Positions 7,244 to 16,936 are shown, counted from the first letter of the stretch. The stretch: 57,345 nucleotides of DNA from an uncultured archaeon (GCA_902385225.1 CABMEU010000017.1:1-57345); one strand, 5' to 3'. Notes: generated by a model not told the origin, from the letters alone. Program-made: numbers and translations.

Positions 7244-9861
7244 TTTTTCTTTCTCTTAATCGCTTCTGTTACAAAGAATAACTTTTCAAACGAGAATTCT
7301 TTCTCAAACTTGTGCCTCTCAAGCTCCTTTAGAACATCTTCATCAGTTTGGAGGCAAATCTTTAGTTCCTCGCAAACCGTTTTCTTTAAAGCGTTCCAAT
7401 CAGTGATAGCGCAAACATCCCCTTCCTTTGTTCCCATTAAGTGCATTATGCGTTTGCAGAACTTCTCTGTCGGAGTGAGTACTATTATTGGCGCAACAAC
7501 CTCTTTCTCCTCTCTCCACCTTGAGAGGCCAAAGTCCTCGGGGTAGGAGAACTTTCTTGCCACTTGCTTTGTTAAGAAAATATCCTTTCCGATTGTTAAG
7601 AAGAATTTCTTCTCATTGCTTGAAACACCCTTCGCAAGGTCGCTTAATTCAAGCTCATCAAGGAAGAGTGACTGGAGATCAAAGTAAATCTTTGCAATTC
7701 TGTTCATCGCGGCGATTCTCTCATCCATTACCGTTCCTTCGTGTTTCTTTAATTTGGCGTTCTTTTCAAGAAGATTAATTGAGGAAGAAAGCGAGGTAAG
7801 CACTTTCTCTAAATCCTTTTGCTTTGAGCAAAAATCCCCAAGCTCAGCTGAAACCATATTCCTAAGCATTTCCTGCTCGGACGGAGAAAGAACGCTCTTA
7901 TCATCAGAAGCCATCTTCTCAAGCTCCTGACCGTATTTAATCTTGGTAATAATCTTTTGTCTTAATGCTTCCTTAACAAAGAAAGTCACATTATCAAAGT
8001 CCTTGAACTTGCGTCCGGCGAATTTCTTTTGAATCAAGAGAATTCCTTTAAGATTAGCCTCAAGGTTCTTTGCTGAAGCGAGCATAATTGCGTGGTGCTT
8101 TGAGAGCTCAGTTCGCAGAGGCGAGAAATCATATTCAATCTGCTTAGCGGGTTCTGCGCCGGGTTCCGAAGTAATGTCCATTTCATCGGGTTCATTAAGC
8201 GCCTCGTGAAGCTCTTTTTTAACTTTAAGATTTGTTTTTGTGGTTTGAAGTTTAGTGTCCGTTTTCCCTTTACTTCCTTTAGCATTCTTATTTTTTCCTT
8301 TAACTTCATCCCCGACTTTTTCCGCTTCATTCTTGTCCTTCTCTTCCTCCATCTTCGGGAAGAATCTCTTCAAGTCCTTTGCGGTTTCAGGATAAATACG
8401 CTTAAAGAAACGCATAATTGAATCCAAATCATAAGGGACTTTAATTCGCTTAATATCCTCATTCCTCTCATATGCGGAACCTTGGAGCAAAAGATCAGAG
8501 AGCGAGCCCTTCTCTTCATGCAGGGATTTTCTGTCAACAAAATACAAGTCGCCGTTCTTGTCAGCGATTTTAATTACTGATTTGAAATAATTAGGCTCAA
8601 TTTTTTCATCCGTGAGTAAGCGGGAGATTAATTCAGAAGGAACATAATAGTAAATCACCGCTTTTCGGTGGTCCTTATATGAGCGAAGCAGGCGGCCAAC
8701 CTTTTGCACAAAGGAAGTTGGGTTGTAAATCGGGCTTGCTATTATTCCATGCGAAGCATAGGGAAAGTCAATTCCCTCTCCAAGAGTTCCAACAGAAATT
8801 AATACATTAAATTTCCCTTCCGCGAATTGGGATTTTAAATCATTAAAGTGATTTTTGGTGTTATATTTCTCAGATTTTGAGTGGTATGAGTGAGACACTT
8901 TGTCGCTAAAGCGCTCCGCGAGCATTTTGTTGAGCAAATCAGCTTTTTTAATTCTATTAACGAATACAAGCGTCTGGAGGCTGTTCTTTTTTCCAATGTT
9001 AAAATTATCCTCAAGAATTCTAGTAATCCCCACAAAATCCGTGCTCTTTGAGGAGAACACATCAGGCTCCTCTTCCGGCTTCAATTCCTCTGCCCCCTCA
9101 AGCTCATCCTTCTTCACTTTCTTTTTAGCCGGCATGCTTAATATTTTCTCAATATTATCCATTCCCTCATCAGGCAAAAAATCATCATACGCGCTTTCAA
9201 CCAAATCAACGGTTTGATCCGCGCTGTCAATCTTTTTGAACAATTGTTTATTCACCGAGTAGAAAACAATTTTAATTACAGGGTCAAGAATTATTTTATC
9301 CGCGAGCGCCTGCGAGAAAGTGTAAGTATAAACAATTCCCCCGAGATTAAAATCGGCGCCCTTCCCTTTTTTCTTTGGAGTAGCGGATAAGCCAAGCTTG
9401 TAAGTGATTGGCTCATTTGGGAATTTATAATTCTCAGTGGTGTTATGCATCTCATCAACGATTAGGAACCATTCGTGGTCCTTCCATTTGCACTCGTTGA
9501 AGAACTGCTTAATCTGATGGAAAGTTGAAATGAATACTTTGTAATTCTGTATTTTGTCCTGCGCGCAAACATACGCTTTTGATTCATTATTGCTTGATAC
9601 TTCGTAAATCTCTTTTCTTTGAATATTAGAAAACTCGTGAATTGAGTCAATCCACTGCTGAATTAGTGTAAGCCTTGGGCACACAATAAGCACTTTCAAA
9701 TCAGGGTTCTCTTCGAGCTTCTTTGTGATAAGCTTAACCGCAAGAACTGTTTTACCTGCGCACGGCACAGCCTGAATGATTCCTACGCGGTGCTTTTCCC
9801 ACGCCTCGATTGCTTCCGACTGCCATCCCCTAAGTTCGGGGCCCTTGTAAAGACTACTCAA
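7240..9861 (-). CDS. SF2 helicase (XPB/Rad25 / ResIII-type core) with ~400-aa Lys/Glu-rich C-terminal extension
   Basis: 873 aa. LRGWQSEAIEAW, Walker A VPCAGKT, DEMH (motif II), LSATP (III), GEGIDFP (V) and QKVGRLLR (VI). Residues ~500-873 are charged, coiled-coil-like, and match no family I recognise. TTG start. Confidence 0.85.
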   Translation of the reverse strand: MSSLYKGPELRGWQSEAIEAWEKHRVGIIQAVPCAGKTVLAVKLITKKLEENPDLKVLIVCPRLTLIQQWIDSIHEFSNIQRKEIYEVSSNNESKAYVCAQDKIQNYKVFISTFHQIKQFFNECKWKDHEWFLIVDEMHNTTENYKFPNEPITYKLGLSATPKKKGKGADFNLGGIVYTYTFSQALADKIILDPVIKIVFYSVNKQLFKKIDSADQTVDLVESAYDDFLPDEGMDNIEKILSMPAKKKVKKDELEGAEELKPEEEPDVFSSKSTDFVGITRILEDNFNIGKKNSLQTLVFVNRIKKADLLNKMLAERFSDKVSHSYHSKSEKYNTKNHFNDLKSQFAEGKFNVLISVGTLGEGIDFPYASHGIIASPIYNPTSFVQKVGRLLRSYKDHRKAVIYYYVPSELISRLLTDEKIEPNYFKSVIKIADKNGDLYFVDRKSLHEEKGSLSDLLLQGSAYERNEDIKRIKVPYDLDSIMRFFKRIYPETAKDLKRFFPKMEEEKDKNEAEKVGDEVKGKNKNAKGSKGKTDTKLQTTKTNLKVKKELHEALNEPDEMDITSEPGAEPAKQIEYDFSPLRTELSKHHAIMLASAKNLEANLKGILLIQKKFAGRKFKDFDNVTFFVKEALRQKIITKIKYGQELEKMASDDKSVLSPSEQEMLRNMVSAELGDFCSKQKDLEKVLTSLSSSINLLEKNAKLKKHEGTVMDERIAAMNRIAKIYFDLQSLFLDELELSDLAKGVSSNEKKFFLTIGKDIFLTKQVARKFSYPEDFGLSRWREEKEVVAPIIVLTPTEKFCKRIMHLMGTKEGDVCAITDWNALKKTVCEELKICLQTDEDVLKELERHKFEKEFSFEKLFFVTEAIKRKKK

Positions 9862-10090
9862 CTACTGCTCACCAGGAACAATTTTGTCAAGGGAAAAAGT
9901 TAAAAGAATAGGTATTTTTGCTAAAGCCGTTAGTTTTGGTTAATAGAGTAAGTATACGCGACCAAAAGCGCAAAAAGATGAAAATATTTCTCAAAAAGTA
10001 TCTTCATTTACCCGCTCTTGCACCAGTTAAATTTTTAATTTCTTCGCTTCACTACATCACTCCCAAAAAAAGGGAAAGGAGTTGAGAGTT

Positions 10091-10240
10091 ATGATAAGAG
10101 AAGAAAATTTTGTTGATGATTTGAACTGCGACGAGCTGTGCGTTCTGTCAAAAAAGAAAAGGCTGGGCGGGAAATTAAGCGATAAGAAGATGACAAGACT
10201 TGCCGTGGATAAAATGAATGCGAATCTCTGCGAGTGCTAA
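10091..10240 (+). CDS. Candidate small Cys-containing peptide (49 aa)
   Basis: MIREENFVDDLNCDELCVLSKKKRLGGKLSDKKMTRLAVDKMNANLCEC: CxxxC plus a terminal CxC. AGGAG 9 nt upstream of the ATG. Same strand as, and just upstream of, the ABC exporter. Below the ORF-track cutoff; coding status unproven. Confidence 0.3.
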   Translation: MIREENFVDDLNCDELCVLSKKKRLGGKLSDKKMTRLAVDKMNANLCEC

Positions 10241-10351
10241 AATTCACATTCTTTTATTTTTTTTCACAAACCGCTGAACTTATGCTAAACCTTTTGGTTG
10301 GATTTAAGTAACCCATATAAACCTTTTACTCTTCGATGGTGTTATCGCCTG

Positions 10352-11176
10352 ATGAAATTAGTGAAGTTGAGAAATATGTCTGAGAAAATAATTGAAGTGA
10401 AGAAGCTGAAGAAGTGCTTCGGTTCGCTATGCGCGGTAAATGAAGTAAGTTTCTCTGTTGAGAAGGGCGAAATATTCGCTTTCCTTGGACCAAACGGCGC
10501 AGGAAAGAGCACTACAATAAAAATTCTCACAACACTTCTCCACCCAACCTCAGGAGAAATATTAATGAACGGGCACGACCCGTCAAAAGACCCTGATGCG
10601 GTTAGAAAAAGCTTTGGAATAATATTTCAGGACCCGAGTCTTGATGATGATTTAACCGCTTATGAGAATCTGGAATTTCATGGCGTGCTGTATGACGTGC
10701 CAAAGGAAATACGAAAAGAAAGAATCGAACAGCTCTTAAAAATCACTGAACTTTGGGATCGAAAAGATAATTTGGTAAAGCAATTCTCCGGCGGAATGAA
10801 GAGAAGACTTGAAATTGCGCGCGGACTATTGCACCACCCGAAAATATTCTTCCTTGATGAGCCCACAATCGGACTTGACCCGCAGACAAGAAATCACATT
10901 TGGAGCTACATACTTGAATTAAATAAAAAAGAAGGAATCACGGTTTTCTTTACCACGCATTACATGGAAGAAGCGGCAAAATACGCCGGCAGGATAGCTG
11001 TCATTGACCATGGGAAAATAGTTGCTCAAGGGACGGCAGGGGATTTGAAGAAAAAAACCAAATCAAAAACACTTGAAGATGCTTTCATTAAACTCACTGG
11101 GCACGGAATAAGGGATGAGGGCGCTAGCAGTGTGGAAAGATTAAAGAGCGCAATGAGACACATGGGGAGAAGATGA
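10352..11176 (+). CDS. ABC transporter ATP-binding protein (ABC-2/DrrA-like exporter type)
   Basis: Walker A GPNGAGKST, Q-loop, signature FSGGMKRRL, Walker B FFLDEPT, H-loop TTH. Start is uncertain (TTG 10298, ATG 10352 or ATG 10376). Confidence 0.9.
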   Translation: MKLVKLRNMSEKIIEVKKLKKCFGSLCAVNEVSFSVEKGEIFAFLGPNGAGKSTTIKILTTLLHPTSGEILMNGHDPSKDPDAVRKSFGIIFQDPSLDDDLTAYENLEFHGVLYDVPKEIRKERIEQLLKITELWDRKDNLVKQFSGGMKRRLEIARGLLHHPKIFFLDEPTIGLDPQTRNHIWSYILELNKKEGITVFFTTHYMEEAAKYAGRIAVIDHGKIVAQGTAGDLKKKTKSKTLEDAFIKLTGHGIRDEGASSVERLKSAMRHMGRR

Positions 11177-11925
11177 ATATGAATTCACCGGTGTATATTT
11201 TGTGGCTGAGGCAGGTAAAGAAATACTTCCGCTCGCGCTCAAGAATTGTAGGGGCGCTTGGACAGCCGACGCTATTCTTAATCGCACTTGGATTCGGATT
11301 CGGACCCGTGTTCGCAAAAGCGGGCGGGGGAAATTACCTTGAGTTCCTTGTTCCCGGAATAATTGCGCTAAGCATTTTATTCACCGCAACCTTCTCCGGA
11401 ATTGAGGTTATTTGGGACAGACAATTCGGTTTCCTAAAAGAAACACTTGTTGCGCCCGTGAACAGAACAAAAATAATGCTCGGCAGAACACTTGGCGGAG
11501 CGACGGTAGCGGTAGTACAGGGATTAATTGTAATGCTCATCTCGCTTTTGCTCGGATTCCAGTTTAATGTTTTGATGCTTCCTGTTGCGGTAGTATTCAT
11601 GTTCCTCCTGGGACTGCTATTTACTGCTCTAGGAACTGCAATTGCCTCGCTAATGGAGGACATGCAGGGATTCCAGCTCATAATAAACTTCCTGATAATG
11701 CCTCTCTTCTTTTTATCAAACGCGTTATTCCCGGTGGATAATCTTCCAGGACCTCTTGCGGCGGTCACACAACTAAATCCGTTGAGTTATGGTGTTGATG
11801 GAATGAGAGGAGCACTTACCGGAGTATCCCAGTTCGGGCTTTTTTTGGACTTTTCAGTGCTTGCGGTAATTGTAATTGCAATAATGCTTATCGGCGGAAA
11901 ATTATTCTCCAAAATACAGGCTTAG
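11173..11925 (+). CDS. ABC-2 type transporter permease
   Basis: ATGA overlap with the ATPase stop. 250 aa, 6 TM, typical ABC-2 N-terminus (LWLRQVKKYFRSRSRIVGALGQP). Confidence 0.9.
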   Translation: MNMNSPVYILWLRQVKKYFRSRSRIVGALGQPTLFLIALGFGFGPVFAKAGGGNYLEFLVPGIIALSILFTATFSGIEVIWDRQFGFLKETLVAPVNRTKIMLGRTLGGATVAVVQGLIVMLISLLLGFQFNVLMLPVAVVFMFLLGLLFTALGTAIASLMEDMQGFQLIINFLIMPLFFLSNALFPVDNLPGPLAAVTQLNPLSYGVDGMRGALTGVSQFGLFLDFSVLAVIVIAIMLIGGKLFSKIQA

Positions 11926-11972
11926 CCTAAACAAAAGCAAAACCATTCTTAATTCCAAAAGCCAACCTTTAA

Positions 11973-12266
11973 ATGCAAGAAAAGCGTACTTCTGGGCAAG
12001 GTGATATTGTAATGGGAGCAATCCTAAATATAACAAACATCGGGCTTGTGCTGCTGCTAATCGCATTTTTAGTGCAGCTCGCTTACTCGAAAAAAGCTAA
12101 GAAAGGCACGCCGATGGTAGTGCAGAAAAAATTCATTGCGATATACGCAATAGGCGCGCTCGCAATAGCATTAGACCAGTTCATGAATAACATGATGGTT
12201 CCGTCAGCGTTGAACCTTCTGATACTCATCGCGGTGCTAATGATAGCAATAAAGATGAAAAAATAA
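11973..12266 (+). CDS. Small membrane protein (about 3 TM), last gene of the ABC unit
   Basis: 97-aa ORF with hydrophobic segments IGLVLLLIAFLVQLA, FIAIYAIGALAIAL and LNLLILIAVLMIAI. Followed by a strong terminator. Confidence 0.6.
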   Translation: MQEKRTSGQGDIVMGAILNITNIGLVLLLIAFLVQLAYSKKAKKGTPMVVQKKFIAIYAIGALAIALDQFMNNMMVPSALNLLILIAVLMIAIKMKK

Positions 12267-12285
12267 AAGCAGCTTAACTGCCACT

Positions 12286-12317
12286 GACGGCTGCGCGAAA
12301 ACGCGGCTGTCTTTTTT
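12286..12317 (+). terminator. Intrinsic terminator
   Basis: 12-bp stem GACGGCTGCGCG / CGCGGCTGTC(+) (two G-U pairs), AAAA loop, then TTTTTT. Confidence 0.65.
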
Positions 12318-12438
12318 GGCAAAACAATTATCTTGACTATAAGAATCCCCTACATAACAACTTTTTTTTGATAAAACCTCAACAATTTTCTTAGGTGAAT
12401 CCGTTAGCTTTTTAACTATTTTTCCTCATGCGATTTTC

Positions 12439-13914
12439 ATGGACGCGGGGCAGCAGGCACAGGATATGGCGCTCTTTGTGGAGAAGGCACTAGGAAATTC
12501 ACTCTCAAGAGCCGCTTTAAGATTCTGCACAAAAAGATGCAAATGCGGAAGAAGGGTGGAAATTGCGCTTGAAGAATACGCCGGGCTGAAACCAAAAATG
12601 TGCGTAGGGTGCAAAATCTCCTCAAAAATAATTAACTTTACAATTTCCTCGCTTGCGAAAAGAGGAAAAGTGAAAGACACGGATTTGATGCTTTGTATAA
12701 AAGAGCCCTATTGGAGAAAAGGACTTGCGACAGTAATGGAAGGAATCGCGCACTTTGGAATCACAAAACCCTTCACTGGCTCCTCCCCATTTCTAATTGT
12801 TTGGAATATCACAAAAGCGTGCAACCTTGCGTGCAAGCACTGCTATGAGGACGCGCATATACGCGCCCCTGATGAATTAACCACTGAAGAAGCGCTTGCT
12901 GCCGTGGATAAACTCGCGGACGCCGGAATAGCATACATTGCGGTTTCCGGAGGAGAGCCGTTAATGCGACCGGACTTTTTTCAAATCGCTGAACACATGA
13001 AGAAGAAGAATATTGCGCTAAGTATTGCCACAAATGGAACACTAATCACAAAAGAGAATGCCAAAAAGTTAAAGGACGTGAATTGTCTTTATGCGCAGGT
13101 GTCCCTTGACGGGTCCAATGCGAAAACACATAATGAATTTCGCGGAAGAGAGAGCTTTGAGAGAACAATTGAGGGAATAAAAAATCTTGTTGAGAACGGG
13201 ATAAGCGTGGGGGTGTCCTGCACCGTCACAAAACACAACTACCACGAGGTAGAGGAAGCGATTGACCTAAGCGAAAAAATAGGGGCAAGCATATTCATGC
13301 ATTATAATTTCATTCCAACCGGAAGAGGAAAAGAAATCACTAAACTAGATATTTCTCCCCAGCAGAGGGAAAAACTACTTTTGATGCTCGCAAAACAAAG
13401 CGGGAAAAGAAAGGTTGCATTACTTTCCACCGCCCCGCAATATGCAAGAGTATGCTCCGGATTTGCAGTTGGCTCACTCACACACTTTGATATTTTCGGC
13501 AAGGACCCCGAGATGGCGAAAGTTAGTTCATTTTTGGCTGATTTTGTAGGCGGATGCGGAACAGGAAGATTATATTTAGCAATGGAACCAAACGGGGACA
13601 TAAAACCATGCGTATTCATCCCGGTAAAAATCGGCAACATTAAGGAAAGCGATTTTAGAGAAATGTGGCTGGAGAACCGCAGTCTGAGAGAAATAAGGGA
13701 CAGGAAAAAATTCATCGGGCACTGCGCAATATGCGAATTTCGCGCTTCCTGCGGAGGATGCAGAGCGCGCTCGTATGGATATTATGGTGATTTAGTGCAC
13801 GCGGACCCAGGGTGCATGCTAAATGTTAAAGACTGGGAGAAGATTACTGGGAAGAAGTCAAGAAAAGCGGGGAAGAAAGGAAAAGGAAAAAAAGTTGTAA
13901 AGAAAAGAAAGTGA
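12439..13914 (+). CDS. Radical SAM enzyme with SPASM-type C-terminal domain and N-terminal Cys cluster
   Basis: CNLACKHC (C128/C132/C135), SGGEPL, and C-terminal CVFIP...CAICEFRASCGGCRARS (SPASM-like). The N-terminal ~125 aa contain C30xxxC34xC36...C55xxC58. Lys-rich tail KKSRKAGKKGKGKKVVKKRK. Confidence 0.9.
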   Translation: MDAGQQAQDMALFVEKALGNSLSRAALRFCTKRCKCGRRVEIALEEYAGLKPKMCVGCKISSKIINFTISSLAKRGKVKDTDLMLCIKEPYWRKGLATVMEGIAHFGITKPFTGSSPFLIVWNITKACNLACKHCYEDAHIRAPDELTTEEALAAVDKLADAGIAYIAVSGGEPLMRPDFFQIAEHMKKKNIALSIATNGTLITKENAKKLKDVNCLYAQVSLDGSNAKTHNEFRGRESFERTIEGIKNLVENGISVGVSCTVTKHNYHEVEEAIDLSEKIGASIFMHYNFIPTGRGKEITKLDISPQQREKLLLMLAKQSGKRKVALLSTAPQYARVCSGFAVGSLTHFDIFGKDPEMAKVSSFLADFVGGCGTGRLYLAMEPNGDIKPCVFIPVKIGNIKESDFREMWLENRSLREIRDRKKFIGHCAICEFRASCGGCRARSYGYYGDLVHADPGCMLNVKDWEKITGKKSRKAGKKGKGKKVVKKRK

Positions 13915-13930
13915 TAGCAGGGCGCGAAGT

Positions 13931-14536
13931 TTAGCGTCTTATTCGTCCCTTGGCTTTAACTTTAATTGTCTTTGGTTTAAAATCAAAAGCGAGCTGGTTT
14001 GAGCCGCGCCTGTCTAGGTGAGGTTTCATTCTTAACTCAAGTTCTTCAGGTAGAAGCCCTCTTTTTAGCCTTACTTTTCTCTCCCTAGCAAGAGCTCTCA
14101 AAAAATGTTCTCTTTCAGTTACCTCACTCTTATTGAACAATTGTTTTTCAAGAACCGCGACATCGTGTTCAGTAACTCTCTCACTTAGGGTTGGAATTTG
14201 TATCTTTGCCCTTCTTGCAAGTGACCTCAAAAACTCCAGACGTTCTTTTGGCGGAAACATAATATTTCCCCCGATAAGTCCCCTTCCATTTGAAAGGAAA
14301 AGCAATTTGTAGGTTCTAACCCTTGAGCGCGCCATGAAATGGTTAATTACTTCCCGTATGAAAATATTCTCCCTCTCAGCGGTAGTTGGCTCCCTCTGCC
14401 ACTTCCTGTGCGCTGAAGTAATCCCAAGCTCGCCTGCGATTCTCAATAAATTCTTGCGGTTAAACTCTTCAGGGGTTGAAGGAAATTTAGGTTTCTTTCC
14501 CGCTTGAGAAACCGGCTGAGTAGAAGCTGTTTGCAT
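13931..14536 (-). CDS. Hypothetical basic protein
   Basis: 201-aa ORF, Arg/Lys/Glu-rich, convergent with the radical SAM gene. No family recognised. Confidence 0.55.
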   Translation of the reverse strand: MQTASTQPVSQAGKKPKFPSTPEEFNRKNLLRIAGELGITSAHRKWQREPTTAERENIFIREVINHFMARSRVRTYKLLFLSNGRGLIGGNIMFPPKERLEFLRSLARRAKIQIPTLSERVTEHDVAVLEKQLFNKSEVTEREHFLRALARERKVRLKRGLLPEELELRMKPHLDRRGSNQLAFDFKPKTIKVKAKGRIRR

Positions 14537-14622
14537 AAGTAATTCCTTATTGCGAAGTATAAAAGCCTTTTTGGGGGCGGTACTTCTAAAGGTTTATTAA
14601 CTATTAATCACTTTTTTGTGAT

Positions 14623-16239
14623 ATGAAAAAAGAGCGGGAGTGGGCGAAAAAAGCCAGAGAGATTATTCGGTCACACTGGCCATTTTTAGTCATATTTCTC
14701 ATAGCGATTTTCTTTTACCTGCACAACATCGGTGCGCTGAGTTTTTGGTCTGACGAAATATGGGTTGCAAAATCAGTTTCACTTACTCCCACTATTGAGA
14801 GCATGATTTATTTCACAGAAACCCCGCAATCCACTCCGCCGCTATTTTTACTTGCCTTAAAGGGAATAATTTTTGTGCTTGGCACCTCAGAGTGGGCGTT
14901 TAGAATTCTCTCGGCGATTTGCATAATTTTATCAGTGGCGCTTGTTTATTTACTCGCGCTGAAAATATCAAAGAAATGGTTCAGCGGAGGGGATAAGAAA
15001 TTTGCTTTAATCTCGGCTGCTTTTTTTGCGTTTAATCCCCTTACACAAAGATATGCGCAGGAACTAAAACAATACGCCGGCGATATGCTAAGCTTTCTTC
15101 TTCTGCTAAATCTTGCGGAGTGGTACTTTGAGAGCAGAAGCAAAAAATCATTCTGGGCGCTGGTTCTTGCCTGCATTATACTCCCCTGGTTCTCGCAGGC
15201 ATCAATATTCCTGGTTGCGGTGATATGCACAAGGTTTGTTTATGAATTCTTGTGGAAAGAAAAGGGGCTTGCGCGAATAATATCCAGACGGCTGACAAAA
15301 GAAAACCTTCGGGAAATAAAAAACACGATAATAATTATCCTTACGGCGGGGGTATCTTTTGCCGCGGAGTATTACCTTATACTTGCAAAGGTCACGGGAA
15401 ACTCAATCCTTCTTAATTACTGGGAAACAATGCATACCCAGCTCTTTCCTTTATGGAAAGTGAATTTGTTCTCCCTCTCCGGATTCTCTGATTTTATTAA
15501 CTTTGTAGTCAGCCACACATATTCAATTTTCTCATTCCTGTTCAGAAACTTTTACCGCCTCGACCTAATGATTATCCTAATTCTCTTCCTTTGCTTCATA
15601 TTTATTGCGTTTAACAAAAACAGGGCATTTTTATTCACAGTGCTCGGCATTTTTGCATTTAACCTTCTTGCGGCGCTTGCCGGCAAATTTCCTTACGGCG
15701 GAACAAGAGTAGTATTGTTTTTCCTGCCAATACTCTCAATCGCGGTTGTTTATGCGCTATGCCAATTAATCATAACCCACAAGTCGCTCTTTAGGCACTA
15801 CCTGAAAATAACTCTGGTTATTCTGGCGGTCCTCCTATTGTTTGGAACATATATTCATTTTTTTACAGTGTATTCGCTCGCGGAGAACGCAAAACCGCTG
15901 TTAGAGAAGTATGTTGCTGAAAAAAAGCAGGGCGAATTCACAATGATTTATGAGGGAAGCAGAATTAATTTTGGGTATTACTGCCCGGCGTGCGCGGATA
16001 ATAAAACCATTTATATTAATGCCCCAAACGGGATGGGGGAGCAATACCTGGAAAAAACCCAAACACAGATTGGAAAAATGGATAGCGGAGCGAGAATCTG
16101 GCTGTTCTTCTCTACTTTCTCATCAGTGGGTTTTACAACAAATGAAATGAATCAGGTCGTCGAATATTTTGATATGAGCTGCGTGAAGCTAAAAGAGTAT
16201 GATGATGTCGGTGCCTGGCTTTACCTTTACAAGTGCTAA
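14623..16239 (+). CDS. GT-C fold membrane glycosyltransferase (ArnT/PMT, GT39/GT83-like)
   Basis: 538 aa with more than 10 TM helices. First-loop acidic motif FWSDE after TM1 and a soluble C-terminal domain. TATA-like GGTTTATTAA 30 nt upstream. Confidence 0.7.
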   Translation: MKKEREWAKKAREIIRSHWPFLVIFLIAIFFYLHNIGALSFWSDEIWVAKSVSLTPTIESMIYFTETPQSTPPLFLLALKGIIFVLGTSEWAFRILSAICIILSVALVYLLALKISKKWFSGGDKKFALISAAFFAFNPLTQRYAQELKQYAGDMLSFLLLLNLAEWYFESRSKKSFWALVLACIILPWFSQASIFLVAVICTRFVYEFLWKEKGLARIISRRLTKENLREIKNTIIIILTAGVSFAAEYYLILAKVTGNSILLNYWETMHTQLFPLWKVNLFSLSGFSDFINFVVSHTYSIFSFLFRNFYRLDLMIILILFLCFIFIAFNKNRAFLFTVLGIFAFNLLAALAGKFPYGGTRVVLFFLPILSIAVVYALCQLIITHKSLFRHYLKITLVILAVLLLFGTYIHFFTVYSLAENAKPLLEKYVAEKKQGEFTMIYEGSRINFGYYCPACADNKTIYINAPNGMGEQYLEKTQTQIGKMDSGARIWLFFSTFSSVGFTTNEMNQVVEYFDMSCVKLKEYDDVGAWLYLYKC

Positions 16240-16252
16240 CTAACTAATCCGC

Positions 16253-16936
16253 TTAGTTGCTAAATCTGCGTTTTAGCAGAAGCAAAAACGCCTTCACTCC
16301 ATCCGCAATAGTTACCTTCTTCTCAGCCTTTGTCCTTGCGACATAACTTATTGGGACTTCACAAATCTTAATATTTCTTTTGAGAAGCTCAATTGTAATT
16401 TCCGTATCCAAATCAAATCCGCTGGTTTTGAGAGTGAGATTTTTGAGGAGTTTTGTTTTGATGAGTTTGTATCCTGTTTGCCCGTCAGTGATTCTCTGCC
16501 CAAAAAGAATGTTTGTTGCAAAGGAAAGGAATTTGTTGCCAAACCAGTGAGTAAAACTCATCCTTTTTATGTCTCCAAGAAATCGCGAACCATAAACCGC
16601 ATCAAATTCTTTCGCCTTATCAAGCATTGAGGGCAAATCCTTCGGGTGATACTCAAGGTCGGCGTCCTGAATCAAAACAAATTCTCCGCTTGCGACTTTT
16701 AGACCCTCTTTTACCGCATGCCCCTTCCCGCGGTTCGTCTCAAAGTCCAACACTTTTGCAAATCTCTTTCCTTTCAGAATGCGGCTCGCTATTTTGAGGC
16801 TCCTATCGCTTGAGCCGTCATTAACAACAATTATTTCCTTCTCCCAGCCGGCGTGATTAAATGAGAGCACGCGCTTTAGAGAAACCTCAAGGTCCTTCTC
16901 TTCATCAAAAACAGGAATTATTATTGAGAGCTTCAT
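16253..16936 (-). CDS. Family 2 glycosyltransferase (dolichyl/polyprenyl-phosphate sugar synthase-like)
   Basis: LSIIIPVFDEE, VNDGSSDRS, QDADLEY (DxD); 227 aa. Confidence 0.9.
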   Translation of the reverse strand: MKLSIIIPVFDEEKDLEVSLKRVLSFNHAGWEKEIIVVNDGSSDRSLKIASRILKGKRFAKVLDFETNRGKGHAVKEGLKVASGEFVLIQDADLEYHPKDLPSMLDKAKEFDAVYGSRFLGDIKRMSFTHWFGNKFLSFATNILFGQRITDGQTGYKLIKTKLLKNLTLKTSGFDLDTEITIELLKRNIKICEVPISYVARTKAEKKVTIADGVKAFLLLLKRRFSN

